This document shows, piece after piece, positions 27,633-41,767 of a stretch of DNA of 64,000 nucleotides. This stretch comes from Styela clava (taxonomy: Eukaryota): assembly GCF_964204865.1 (NCBI RefSeq), contig NC_135263.1:1736001-1800000 (forward strand), in the 5' to 3' direction. Under the pieces are notes generated by a model. It did not search any database. It was not told the DNA's origin and saw nothing but the letters and a program-made list of their open reading frames with translations. The first letter of the stretch is position 1, and the number at the start of each line of letters is the position of its first letter. The translations under genes and the position numbers were made by a program.

Positions 27633-30324
27633 CCAATAAACCCAAATATTTCGGTTAATTTATAATTGATTCAATCAAAGCTCTCAGAGTAGTATTTGTG
27701 GCGCACGCTGATTTTAGGATTTTTAAAACTCTCCTTTCAACGACAAAACGCAAACCATTTCTGTTTATGAGACGAATTTCATACGATATCCGTGAATAAT
27801 CGGACCCGAAAATATCAAATGTTTACACTTAACACATCTGCATCAATATACCACTTATGCTGATGATACTATAAACACTGGGAGGTGTAATTCAACACTC
27901 GGAACAGTTTTGGGTTCAGTCGAGCAGAATAATAAATTTTTTATCTATTGAAAGAATGCCTTCTTCGTTATTATGAAATGTTGGACATCTTCAATTTATT
28001 GCCTCGACTTCGTCATTTTTTTATCAAAGAGTCAAGTCATTTAAATACGTAGCTGTAAATATTGTACCGCGCCTCAGAAAAAAATGTGTGAAAATGACTC
28101 TAAAAGTTCCAAAATTTTAGTTCAGATTCAAAACTTTTACTTTTGATTCCATTGAATATTGAGCTAATGATGCACTACATAAATGGGAATGTGGACTTCG
28201 CATTGGGAGTCTTGTGCAGAGCAGGGGCGGCAAGGTTTCGAAACCCCTCGACATCAAAAATGTAAAAAGCATTTTTCTGTGTGATACATTTTGTGGATTG
28301 AAACGCTTCGTAGACATTCAAGACTCTTAGAAAAATCCTCGTTTTCCGACCTCCGGTCGGACCTTCTGGCTGTTACGGTCTAACTCGGCAAGTAGAAATT
28401 TGGCTCATGGACTTGTGAAACCGGAAACAACTTACAATCCTATTCAAATCCGGCAATTTTTTTAATACAAAAACTATGCGGTCTTTTTGGTCTCAACTTC
28501 AAAATTCAAATTTGAAATACGACTTCAGTTTCTATACCAGCATTGAAATAATTAGAAAAACTCTTTACAACGCCATTCATAGACGACAGATCGGAAGCCT
28601 GATTCGACACAGAACGCGCGCGGTCCATCAGAAATTTTTACTCAAACGAAAAGGTATTTTCACTTCAAAGCTGCTAAAATGAAGTTTTTTACCGACGTTA
28701 AGCCCCAGAAAATAGTTTGATTAAAACTTTAAACCTGATCGACTTACCAATTTACCATACCGTTAATACAATGGTTATTTGTTTCGGCATGGTCAATTGA
28801 TTTACCGGCTCTACCAGTTTGGTTTACCGGATTACCAATTTCAGATATCTCAATTTACCAATCAACCAAGTTCAATGACTTCTAAACCTAAATTATACGC
28901 ATGGAGTAATATATGAATGTCTAAAATTAAGGACACGTCACAGATTCAATAAGCATGAGCGCTGAAGCGTCAAGAGATAATGAAAAATACTTAAATGTTC
29001 ATTATAATAGGTTGGGAATCGGTTAACCGATCTTGGATGGTTACCCGTTAACGATCACAGAAAGTTAACAATTACCGATCTTAGGTGCTGGTTAACGGGT
29101 AACCTATGTTAGATGATTAACGATTAAAATGAATTTTGATCGGCAACTGCCACAATGGACAATCGGTTTATTGTTATTAAGTGGTTGACGGTTACGTTAA
29201 ATTTTACCATTAACCACTTTATATTTTGTACTATATGAAATTTAAGTTAGTCTCAATATTATTGTGAAAGCACAAAGCCCTAAACCCCAAATCCGCTGTA
29301 AAACCACTAATTGGGATAGTTTTGAGAAAAACGTTCGACTTTAAAATTCCGAGGTTTCAAACAAAACGATTTTCTGGGGCTTAACTTCAGTGGAAAACGT
29401 TAATTTTAACCGCTTTGAAGTGAAAATACCTTTTTGTTTTCGTTTGAGTAAAAGTTTGTGATAGGGTTCGTGCGTTGTGTGTCGGATTAGGCGTCTATTT
29501 GTCTACAAAGGACCGGGGATTCGATTTTAGCCGTATGCAGTCTGTATGGGCCGAGATTCGGATCCGGATTTGGATTCAAGTTGAATCCATGCATTTTTAA
29601 GACTCGTATTCGAAATAGAGTCCACGCAATTTTCACCGATTTTTTAATCAATTTTACATGCTGTTACTAATTGAAGCCTACGTTGTGCACTTCTAAAATT
29701 AGTACAAAGAATAACTAGTTGAAATTAGGTGATCGATTGCCTAAGATCTCATAAAAACACACGGAAGATGCATCACCGGGTCTTACCCCGAAAATTCGAC
29801 CCTTTTCCTTGCTAGTGATCTCATCGTGAAGGATTACAAACTAAAGTAATTCATTGTTATAAACATTTCTCTTGTATGATAATATTATAAGACTCGTCCC
29901 ATCCCCTGTACCTAATTCGCAGAGGTTCATGCGATTATGTTCTTGGAATATTGTGGTATCATAAAACCCGTTATACTTTTTAGTTCGGCGGGGTTTCTGA
30001 AATGAGGTAACATGTTCTTAGCGAAAGCAGCAATAAATATATAGGGTGTCCATGGAGTTTTAAAAATTTGCAAAATTGCAAAGAGAATTTATCGATACCA
30101 TATATTGTTCTGGTCCTCACTGATGTATTAAATGAACTAAAAATACAATTTTTGATTAAAAAACAATAAATATGGTTAAGATATATTGAGAACTGACTTC
30201 ATAACAAAACTGAAAGTGTAAAACTTTGAAGGTACTTTATGGTCATCTGTACAGAACATGGAGTTGAACTGCTTCTACTGGCATATTCCTACATCTTTAT
30301 AGATTAATCCACGGATGTGCAACC

Positions 30325-30437
30325 GGCGCTCCGAAAGTATTCGTACCAAGATGACGCACAATCTGAACAACCCCAAGCTGGTACACATACTATGGTCAGG
30401 TTGTGCGCCATCTTGGTACGAATACTTCGGGAGCGCC
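30325..30437. mobile_element. Merlin-like MITE family A, short form
   Basis: GGCGCTCC...GGAGCGCC TIRs, aligns with 6025-6137; no clear TSD. A half copy lies at 26881-26922. Confidence 0.75.
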
Positions 30438-31546
30438 CAAAAACTTTGGTTAATGATCATGTGACATGCATTGTTTGCTTCGCACAAGCTGGCTGTTAGG
30501 ACATTGTAACGTAATAATCATAGACTAAATATTTGGAATCAGTTTTTATGCTTTGCAACGTAAAGAAATTGGAATTTCTTGCACGTACATGATTTAACAG
30601 AATTTTAAACTCGTCTCGCGAGCCGCACACCTATTCAAAATTGGCAATTTTCCGCGGGCCGCATTTGGCCCGCGGATTGCACACCCTTGGATTAAATAGC
30701 TATTTGCATTTCCAAGGTCACCTGTAAATTTGCTCAAAGATCAATTACCTTTATTTATGATCCTATGAGAGAAGGGGCATGACTTCGCATTGACAAATTT
30801 CTCTATAAAAAATGTTGAAATATAAGCCAGTATGTTACGGTATCTCCTTGAAATAGTTTTTAGTCATTTATTTTTTAAAGACATATAATTCCCTTCTTGA
30901 TTGGAAAATTAGGAGATTACTGTCTTATCCCCCGCCCAACAAGATTAGATTTTGTTCCTAGATAAAACGTTTTTTGAATTATCTCAAATCAAAGGCTTTA
31001 GGTAACTTTTTTCTGATGTTTTTATAACGAAAATGTTCATATTTTTTGCTATTTCAAACTGCAGAAACTCAGGGCCGTACTCGATATGTAACAAACTACG
31101 TAATAACAGTGTCAACCGTTCATCCTCTCGTGCAGTGGTGCCCAAACTTTTTTGTTGAATTCCTTCCGCCGCCTATGAAACTCCTTATTTCTCTCTCACT
31201 ATACATAAAAAATGCTTATTTATTCAATCTTCAATGGAATTTCCAATATGGTTATACACAAGTCGCAATCCCGCTTTACAATTTATAATATGTGTATAGA
31301 TAAGTATCATCTTAGTACGAAAGAACTAATAAATACAGGTAACACCACAGCAAATACAAAGCAAAATTCGACCCAAAGACCGTAGCCATACCAAAATTTT
31401 GTGAGGGTATGATAACTTTTATGAATATTAACGTAATACGACGATTACTTGTGTATTTTTGTTTGAACGGTGCCAGATAAAGGGAGCACAAGATTTATAA
31501 CAATATCTTGAAGAATTTTTCTACAGACTTACTTACTCCTATCCTA

Positions 31547-31696
<150 letters not shown>

Positions 31697-31883
31697 CTAT
31701 TGAATCAATATTTATTCCAAGCGGCGCGTACGATTCCCATTCAAGAAAAGCGAGAGAAATTGTTTTGTTTGGTCGCCAACATGTGCGTGATCGCTTATCA
31801 GTGTTCATTCATTGCCCACGCTTGCTAGTGCGTTAGTAAATAGCATTGCTCACGAGGTGTAAGGCAGGCTTTTTACTCTAGAC

Positions 31884-32117
31884 CAGGGGTGTGAAAGCAA
31901 CTATAAAACACAAGAGGGCCAAGATACAAATAACTGGGTGAAACCACGGGCTGCACCTTCATTTAAAATAAGCTTTCGAGGGCATTGTAACATCATAGGC
32001 ATAGATAATAAATTGAAAGCGATTGGAATTATTAGCACGTACCAGATTAAACTAAATTAAAAACTCGTTTCGCGGACAATTCAAAATTGACATTTCTCCG
32101 CAGGTTGCACAGCCCTG
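31884..32117. mobile_element. hAT MITE
   Basis: CAGGGGTGTG...GCACAGCCCTG, inserted after CTCTAGAC; the 3' part resembles 30610-30690. Confidence 0.6.
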
Positions 32118-32922
32118 TTGTAAACAACGAGACGATTTAGTTACCTAAATTTCTTTTTATTTCCATTTATTAGCTCAGTGGTTTCCAACCGCGGTTTCGT
32201 CTGTACAGTCCAGGGATTCCACAAGTTTGCAAATGTACATATAACATTCATTGTATGTATATCGCCCTAATATCATCAAATATCAATTAGGTTTCGCAAG
32301 TCCTGGCAGGAAAATTTGCAACACTTCATAACGATCATTTTGTATGCCAGTATTACGCTATATATATTTATAGTTTATACAATTCAGACGATAAAAGACA
32401 ATACAAGGCAAGGTGTATGTATGCTTATTTGCCTCAAATAAAAAAAAAACATTTGCATAATAAATGAACACAAAAAGGATGTAGTAGTACATTTATGTCT
32501 CGTTGTTTAAATTGGTAACATTCTCGAATATCTGTCTTGCGTGTCTATTATTCAGCGCGATAGCAGCATCGGCACACGCCTACTAGGATATGAATATTCT
32601 GGCTAGTAATGCTCCAGTGACTTTTAGTACCAGAAGTCGGATGAAACTGGTAACATATTTTACCCAATTATAGTAAGTTTATCTTGGCGTTTTGTTACAT
32701 CATCATCAATCTAAATTTAGCATTATGATTACATAGTTGAAATATTTCCCGCTATGTTGATAAAATAATACTAACCCAGGAAGTAACAAACCGTGAACGC
32801 TATGCCGGACAATGGTATTTTCATAATCTACGTATTCCAAGTTGGATTCTGCTTTAATCAAATGTTCAAAAAACTTTATCCTCATAGTAACTTCTGACAT
32901 TTGACGGGTCGCCTGTAACATA

Positions 32923-33294
32923 CCGTGTTCCCCCGAAAATAAGACTTGATTTTTGAAAATGATTCGATAACGCGAAATTTTTAAATTAAAAAATTTATGA
33001 ATCTAGTGACTTGCAAGACATTCAGGAGAAAGAGGATATATAGGTTATTGTCGTTTTTGAATAATCTATGTTTAGTAGTTTTTTTTTTTTTTTTTTTTAA
33101 ATATAAACGTGTTATTCATAACTAATTGGATATCGGTTTTCATATTTTGTATTAAAATCTCGCAATTTTACACTTTGTAATTTTGTTTTTGATAAATAAA
33201 AATAAAAGTCATTCCCCCCAAAATAAGCCCTAGTGTTATTTTTCGAATAAAATTCAAAATAAGACACTTAAGTCGTATTTTTGGGGAAACACGG
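32923..33294. mobile_element. pogo/Tc2-like MITE (Tc1/mariner superfamily)
   Basis: TA|CCGTGTTCCCCCGAAAATAAGAC...GTCGTATTTTTGGGGAAACACGG|TA. Confidence 0.8.
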
Positions 33295-33713
33295 TAGCTT
33301 ATATATTTTAGTCTTCTTTACTTTTGAGTAAGCGTGCGTCCTTGTTCTCTGCAAATTGTCTTGGAATATTATTATAATTATTTTACTTATTAAGATATAG
33401 GTATTTTTTTGTACTATTTTCGATCATTTTAAAATTCGCGACTTAATTTCAAAACAGGCAAGCTATACCGGTATATTTAACTCGCCCAGAACGGTATGTT
33501 GGCATGAGCTTAGTCCGGACGTAACGTTACTCGCCTTACTAGAGTACAATTTCAAAACATTGTGTCGTCACACATATTTGTCAACCACGTAAATTGAGCT
33601 TTTTACTCATGTCAAATTTGATAACTACCAGGCGATAACTGACTAAAAGGTCTCGTGCGAATGGGTAATTGATTCACGGAGAATGAAAGAAGATTTAGGG
33701 GCATTCACTGACC

Positions 33714-34166
33714 CAGTGGTCCCCAAACTGTTGGCCACGATGCCCTTTAGAGGGTAGCTTGAAGATTTTCCGAGGTTGCCTTCCGTTGAACGTACAATAC
33801 CGCACACAGCACAAGTCGCTCGGATTTTAGTCGGGAAATTTGCTATTTTAAAATATTGAATGACATTACATGCCACTCTATTGCCTTCTTCACAAGTTGT
33901 CTTTTGTTAGCTTGGGGGTTATCATAATTTGGGTAAGAACCAAGGGGTGGCACGGATATGCTGCTGTTCCCCTGTCCATCGTGTACCGCCACACCAAAGT
34001 TCCAAAAACTTACAGACGACATACAGTAGCATGTTCTTATTAAAATATTTGAAAAAATATACTGGTTTTTGGAATCGCTGTTCTTTCCTCATTGTGAGGT
34101 CGCAAATATCTATAATTTTTAATTTTACAGTAATTGGGGTCGCGGAAAGTAGTTTGGGAACTGCTG
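33714..34166. mobile_element. hAT MITE
   Basis: CAGTGGTCCCCAAAC...GTTTGGGAACTGCTG TIRs. Confidence 0.65.
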
Positions 34167-34785
34167 CATATTGGAGCAACGTCAGTTTGGGCATATTATT
34201 AATACGCAAGAAGCTATGGAATCAATTTCTAACAGCCTGTCATTAACGTATTGACCCTAATTAACAGAATCTAGTTCAATAAACATGTTAAGGACTATTT
34301 TGACGTAATAATATCTGCGCACATAGCGATTTTATTACATTATAATCGATCTAAATTTTACTTTGTGTCGACTCAATTGATATAATTGAATTTCACGCTT
34401 GGGATTTTGACATCATAATAAAAAAATTCAAATTAGAATTACGCCATATACATTGTTACTTAGACGTGGGAAATACATTTTACGTATGATTTTGATTTCG
34501 AATATATATATCAATTTGAATTGTAATTAACTTTTACCGAGTTTCATATTTCATTCTGAGTAAAGCTCCTTGTCAAGTATTTCAAATAACTAAGGTAATA
34601 CGAGCATTAACCTATTTATAATTTGGATGATGTCGTGATGAAAAATCTTAAAATAGTATTCTGTGAAGGAAATGACTGCATGAGGTCATGAACGACCCAA
34701 TATGGCCACTGTCAATACGCAGTACGGCTATATCGCCAATACAACCTTATACGTGTGTGATGTCTAAAACATACTGTCTAATATA

Positions 34786-34991
34786 CAGGGTGTCCATAAG
34801 TCCCTTTAAAATTTCAATTTTGTTATAAAGTCAGTTCTCAATATATCTTAACCAGATTTGTTGTTTTTAATCAGTAATTTTTCAAGTGTTTTTACTTCAT
34901 ATAATTCAAATTTGAGGGCCAAAACAATATACGGTATCGATAAATTACGTTTGCAATTTAATAAAAAATTTAGAACTTCATGAACTCCCTA
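34786..34991. mobile_element. Tc1/mariner MITE, CAGGGTGTCCATAA subfamily (other copies at about 14458-14650, 30042-30249, 38754-39044, 39270-39408)
   Basis: TA-flanked CAGGGTGTCCAT TIRs and a shared body (GATATATTGAGAACTGACTT; TTTATCGATACC). Confidence 0.75.
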
Positions 34992-37834
34992 TACATCATT
35001 TGTAATATATTGGGACAAATAAGTCCGCACCGTACCATGGGATGCGCATGCTCTAACTATATTGGGTTTGCAGATTGACCATGTGCCTTCGTTCATACCC
35101 AGTATACTGACGTACCCCGTCACGGGGCTACACGTTGTATTATTACTTCGTTGTGACTTTTTACGTCTGTTCCAATACTTTATAAGTAGAATGCCTACAG
35201 TGCACATACATCATTAGTAATATGTTGGGACAAATGAGTCCGCACCGCACTATGCGATGATCTTGCTCTAACTATATAGATGTCCTATACTTTAATATAG
35301 CAAAATTTGTGATACTTATTTTGAGGTCATATTGAAGAATTGGCGCTTACAAACTGGTTTACATGTTTGACACCAACATTTTTCATCGAATGCCTTCATT
35401 TAGCAATTGAGCAAACATAGATATCACTTACGCAGTTTAAAAAATAAAGGCCTAAATTCCGTTACACTCAACGGCACAAATCTCCTGCCATGAAAACCAA
35501 TTTACTTATCAATCGTCACAGCTGATAAAACTTTACAACCAGTTTTCAATCGTGTTTTAAGAGATTTTGTTGAAAGGCTTGAGATAGCGGGGATCAATAA
35601 AAAACATTAAAATGGCTAGGAGTGCTCTAGGGTTACAAGGAAAAAGACGAATGTTGGAATTTGGACTAAAATTTATTCGAAAAAATTACCAAAACGCATA
35701 ACTTTACTGAGAGGAGTCTCCTAGATTTCTGAGTGATATTACTCAAAGAAAATTTTTCCACAAGCGATAATTCACAAAATCAATCCTCAGCTGAGATGAT
35801 ATATCATAAAACCGTGCTTAAGTAAAATGCGTAGGAAGAAAAAACAGCAATTTATCCGCGTTGGTCTGAAATAGAAATTCATAATAAAAAATTCTTATAG
35901 TTTCATTCTCACGCATGGATCTACCTACTCCCTTTTAGCAAGATGACAAATCCTAGCATCGGTTTAGACTTTGCCGGAAATGAATGAAAACTATGAATTT
36001 AAATCAGATAAACTATTCCTGAAGGCTTTCAATAGATCGCTGTTCAACATTTTCAATTAACAGAGTGCAGTGGATTTCGACCAGGGTTCCTCCAGTACAG
36101 TACAGGGGTTCCGCAAGTTTACATCAAAATGCAAAAGTCTATATTATTAAATATACTCAAATACACGGAGGATATATGTGTTTCACTAGTACTCCGTATT
36201 GACCTCCAGGTGTTTCGCGTCAAATTGTTGTTCCGCATTTAATTTTTTTTTTTTTATAATACCAAACATAAGCGAATAAACAAATATATTCAATGCACAG
36301 GTCCGAGTCTCTGTAATGTTTCATTGCGAATACACCAAAAAGTATGAAAACCACTTACCTGGGGGTTCAAGCGATAAATAAACTATACTGACATCGCAGG
36401 TTAGAAATCTCAAGTTCAAATTCCATGTTCACCACCTCACTGGGTGAAATCAATTGGGTAGGAAATTCCGAAACAGAAACGTACCAACGTAAAGCTTACA
36501 ATAAAATATAAGTATTTCAAACTCAAATGATAGAATGTGTGATTGAGGTACGGCACAATTTGTTTATTCATTAGAAAGCTCAGAACATGGCTCTGAACTT
36601 GCAGCTGGGTCGGGTTTATATTTTTCTTTTCTTAAAAAGGCCACACATATTGTTTGTTACACTATTCTAAGTTTGAGACTTTGATAAAGTCGTCGAAATA
36701 GGGACTAGACATATTGCAGATGCCTTATCGACAAGGAATGGGTCGAAAATAGAGCGGAAGACTATTTCAATCTGTTTATTGTGACGAATACCAGATCCAT
36801 TATGACAGTACAAAGAGCGATTGAATGAAAATGGAGATTTAATTATGACAGAATAACCGGGTCAACGTTGTATTACTTTACTTTCAATAAAACTTTTGTT
36901 TAGCCACGCTCGATCTGTACATAATTTGCCCACTCAAAGTGAACATTTCTGAATTATTCTGAATTTTTTATTTTCCTGAGGCATCACAAGCTGTCATAGT
37001 GATATAACCAAAAATGGAATTGCCGTTTTAAGTCAATAGGTTGCCTCCTTAATTTTAGGAAGTTTTGATAAAACAACATTTACTCTACAATTCAGAAACT
37101 TCTTTTTTTAAATATTAGCTTTTACGGAAATAAATAATTTTTTTTATTTTTGAAGAGTCAAAGACGTATACACGTATGTGGCGTAAATTTAGTTTCGTGT
37201 AGTAAGTAGAATGCAATAGAATACTACACAATAAAACGGCGGGACATTTGGGAATAAAAGGGCGGCCTTTTGAAGACCGATTGTCTGTTCTTTGTTACGT
37301 TATAAATTGCAAAATGAATTTCTTTGTTACGCAACAATCAGCCTAATTGTTAAATTCTCGTCGTCCTAAAAGCAATGAAATTCGCCACATGTTGCTATAT
37401 TCACCAAATGGTACAATTATTCCCGCCTTTTCAAAATTAGCCATCCACTTTGTGACGTCATAGAACCGTATGTTACGTAGCCTCCTTTACATTTGGGAAT
37501 ACTAGATATGATATTAATTGACATCTGGTAATGCGTTAACTGATTTTTGAAACTCGCTTTAATTGAAAACACATTTTCTTCCAAATTAGTTAATAATAGC
37601 GACAGAGATAAATGGCTGTCGATTCGATTTTTAAAAGACAAGCTACTTATCCTCCTATGGTTTTATGCTGATGGGCGTTTAGTTCTGTAGCTAGAATGAG
37701 GATGGTTATTATATGGGATTCAAGAGTCTTGCTGTTCAATAACACAAATAGTCTTGCTTCACACAGAGGAAGTCTGACTTTGGCCAGACAAAACATAAAC
37801 ACCTTGCGTTGTTGTGCAGCAATACTTTTCAATT

Positions 37835-38069
37835 GGTGACCGTACATTTGAACCCACGTACATTTGAACCATGTACATTTTAACCCATGTACATTTGAAC
37901 CCATGTGTAGATTCGCGGGTTCAATCTATATGCGGGTGCTAAAACCCATGGGTTAGGGTTAGTATGGGTTCAAATATCCGTAAAACAAAAACAAATTCCA
38001 TAGGTGCAATAGTATGCCGGTGCAATTGTCGTGGGTTCAAATGTACGTGGGTTCAAATGTAATGGAACC
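37835..38069 (-). mobile_element. Merlin-like MITE family C with expanded subterminal repeat
   Basis: Reverse-complement copy with four TACATTTGAACC(C)A-type units at one end; flanks TTTTCAATT/TTTTTAATT. Confidence 0.8.
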
Positions 38070-40059
38070 TTTTTAATTCATTCGGTATTCAATGGTTTAT
38101 CTTGTCTATATGAAACGGAGTCGCTTAATTATTCATTAAAGATTGATAACGAAAAGTTTTATGCACATTTGGGGCGGAAAGTTTCAAAATTGGTGAAGGG
38201 AAGATTGTATCAAAAAAGTTAGAGAACCACAACTGAAACCAAGACAAAAGGGCGGTAAAAAATAACGATTAGCGCTAATATTACCAATAATATTTCAAAC
38301 CGGTGTTCCCGCCTCATTTCCACTTACAAGACACGTGACATAATGACCGGAGCAATGCAATGGCTTTGTTTAGCTAGGAGATTAATAATGGCGCCTCAGA
38401 CACAAGTGTATTTGTGATATCATAGACATGTTGACGTTCAAAATTAGTTCAAATACTTTTAAGCTTTGTTTATATTTCATATGATTCGTATTGAATAAAC
38501 AAAACATTGTGATATCATAGACCAACTGACGTCATAGAGGTGGATTTGTTACACAATAATACAAACAAAACGATTTATTTTGCATTATCGTCACGATTAA
38601 AGCGATATTTATAATATTTTTGGTGCCCTGTTCGGAGCGAGCTGAATGTAGCTCAAAGAAATGCCCGACTCGGACGGCACTTTTCAATCATCGTATTTGC
38701 TTGTATAATGAGCAAACGGCCACATCTCGCTTATAACTGTAAATCCATACATATAGCGTGTCCATAAAGTCTTGTCATTTTTATAAATTGCAAAGGGGAT
38801 TTATCGATACCATATATTGTTTTGGCCCTCACAGATGTAATAATTGAGGTAAAATACTTAAACAATTACTTATAGAACAAACCTGGTTAATTGAGATATA
38901 TTGAGAACTGACTTCATATCAAAATTGAATTTGTAAAAGTCATAGTCAAATTTAGTTTTTCTCATTCAGTAAAAAATAACATACGAAATTAACAAAATAC
39001 AAAACTGAAAACACATTTTTAAAAAGAACTTCATGGACATCCTGATCAGCAAAACTCTTGATTCACTTATAACGACCACGTATGTTGTGTCATAATACGA
39101 TAGTGCCCACTTGAAAGAATGAATCAAAAGAGTGATTATTTGCATCACAATGTGATCCTTTGTTTACGACATAATTATCTTTTGTTCGTCAATCTTGCTA
39201 CATAAACATGTACACATTTTCGGAATAAAATGGTGTCTTCACAATCTGAGCTAAAATGACCAAAGTACGCAGGGTGCTCATAGAATCCTGTTACAATTTC
39301 AATTTTGTTATGAAGCCAGTTCCCAATTTATTATATATAGCTCAATAAACCAGGTTTGTTGTTTTTTAATTCAGTGTTTATTAGAGTTTTGCTTCATTGG
39401 ATACACTATAAAGTTGGATGGAAAGTTCTATGGAAAAAACACAAGTTTTGTGCAGCAAAGCGTCCTACATTACTGAAACTTTTGAGTACAATCATACGGA
39501 AACAGAAGCTCAATTGTTAAATAATTTTTTTTATTCTCCTAGCAATTGAGATATCTATGGATTCTGTTTTTTTTTTGTATATTATATTGTTCTGTTTTAA
39601 AAAAGATTGCAAAACACCAATTTAAAAGTTAGCATTTACAAATATGTAGCCTATGGACTTGCTTTGACAAGAAAATAGCCATGTTTTATCTCAGGGATTA
39701 CAGAAATATGCGATGTTGGTTTCCTCAGTGTGATATATATAGATTTTCACTCATGTTTGAATAAGATTGACATTTGCCAGAACATAGAATTATATCAAGC
39801 ACTCTATGAAAGTAGCAGAAAGTTGAAATATGCTGAGATAAATAATTTTGAAATTAGTAGAATTTTTTTTAAATTTTGGTTTCTTTTGGTCAGAATCTGC
39901 AGTTGGTAACATTGGGTTTTATTGTAATTAGTTGCAAAATCCCAAGATTACAAAAATTAACTGTATTTCAGAAAATTTAGAAAATGATATGTTTTATGTT
40001 TCATAATCAACGTATATAATATATATATATATATAAAGTATAAAACCAATAATAAAATA

Positions 40060-40980
40060 TTGAATATTTTCAGATTGCAACAAAAAATTCGGATCCCTCG
40101 TTTATTTTAATTAAGTTAGCGTGAGTGGGTTGAAAGTGTTTATATACACGCCACTGGTTTGAAAATTTCCAGAATTCAGTATTTAATTGGCGCCTTTTGG
40201 GGGATTTAAAAATATGAATTATTTGGAAAGTATTTTTCGTCGTTTACTTCAAGCACACACAAGAATAGGATGAATTGTGTTTATATACATATGTCAGTAT
40301 TTTGAAAATTCGCAGCATTGGCTATTTGCACAAAGCAGGCAGGTTGAATAGCCTTCATATACAACGTATATAGAAATAGCCCAAAACTAATAAAAAGATT
40401 AATTTCAAAAATTTTTTTTCATATTTCGGATCAGTTTGAGTTACGCACATTCAAATAGAATGATTTGTGTAATACATGTCAGCATTTTGAAAATTCACAG
40501 CACTGGGTGTTTGCTTGGCGTCGTTTTGACGAGGCGCAAATATTTATTTCGAAATTTTTTCCAAATTAGGATCGTTCGCTTATTTTAACGCACACGACTA
40601 GGTTGAATAGCTTTCATATACAACGTATCTGCCAAAAGTTTAATACAACTGAAATAACTGACTTTTTCGTGATATTTAGAAAATATTTCTTAAATATTGG
40701 ATTTGTGAATTTCAAGTTTCGACAACAAATAGTATTCATATATAAGTCAGAAGTTTGAAAATTCCCAGCACTTGGTATTTGCTCGGCGTCTTTTAGGCGA
40801 TTCGCAAATATTTATTTCGATTTTTTTTGCAAGTTTCGGACCTCTCGTTTATTATAAGGTCAATCAATTCCATTATTTTTTGGGATCTGTAGTTTATTTT
40901 AAGTGTGGTGTGTGTTTATGTCCATGTCAGTGTTTTAAAAATTCACAGATATGGCAATTTTGCAAGGCGCCTTTTAGAGT
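40060..40980 (+). repeat. Old degenerate tandem array (about 5 units of roughly 160-270 bp)
   Basis: Recurrent GTCAG..TTTTGAAAATTC.CAGCA..GG.TATTTGC near 40140, 40295, 40480, 40748 and 40927. Confidence 0.7.
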
Positions 40981-41767
40981 ACAAGACCTCAGGGCGATAA
41001 AAGCAGCAATACTTTTATAAACTTATACAAAAATAGAGACACGGAAATTTAATTCGCGTCCTTGCATTACAGATCCACTAGACTTGCTCAATGAGAAAAG
41101 TAGTTAAAACCCAATCAATAGTTACTCACAGGTGTGTTACCCTCTTGATCACTTCGAATAGTCAACTTGGTTCTTCCTACAGCAACCTTGCGTTGTACAC
41201 ATACGAATCCACCAGTATAAAAGCATAGAAAACCCAATCGAAAGTCACAATTGTGTTATACCCTTAATCATTTAATAGCTATCTCAACTCTTTCTACAGA
41301 ATGCTTGTATTTGTATTGTATGCGTACGGATACACCAGCGCAAAAATAGTGGGAAGTACACGAGTATTCCCTTCTGGTAGATAGGTTGAGTTGTAATATT
41401 GAAGCACTTGAAAAATAAAATCAAACAAACTTGAAGCATAGATGACCCATACCTCAATAACAACACCTATCTTCGACTCATGCATGGTAATAACCGTAAA
41501 AGATTACTGTTTATTTTACAATTACTTCAAAATTTAAATTATTTTTCGATTTTCCTGAAAAATTCAATTATAATCCATTAAAAAGAGTCAAATTTAGAAT
41601 TTCTATAGTATTCTTGCATTATATACATACACATCTATCACTTAAGCATAGAAAAAGAATGAGTAGTCGGTTCCATAAAAATCCAATCGATATATTCACT
41701 CTATGTCGTTTAATATGGTAATATGATTTCCCAGGAACCAAGATCTCTACGAAAGATTTCCGACGTT

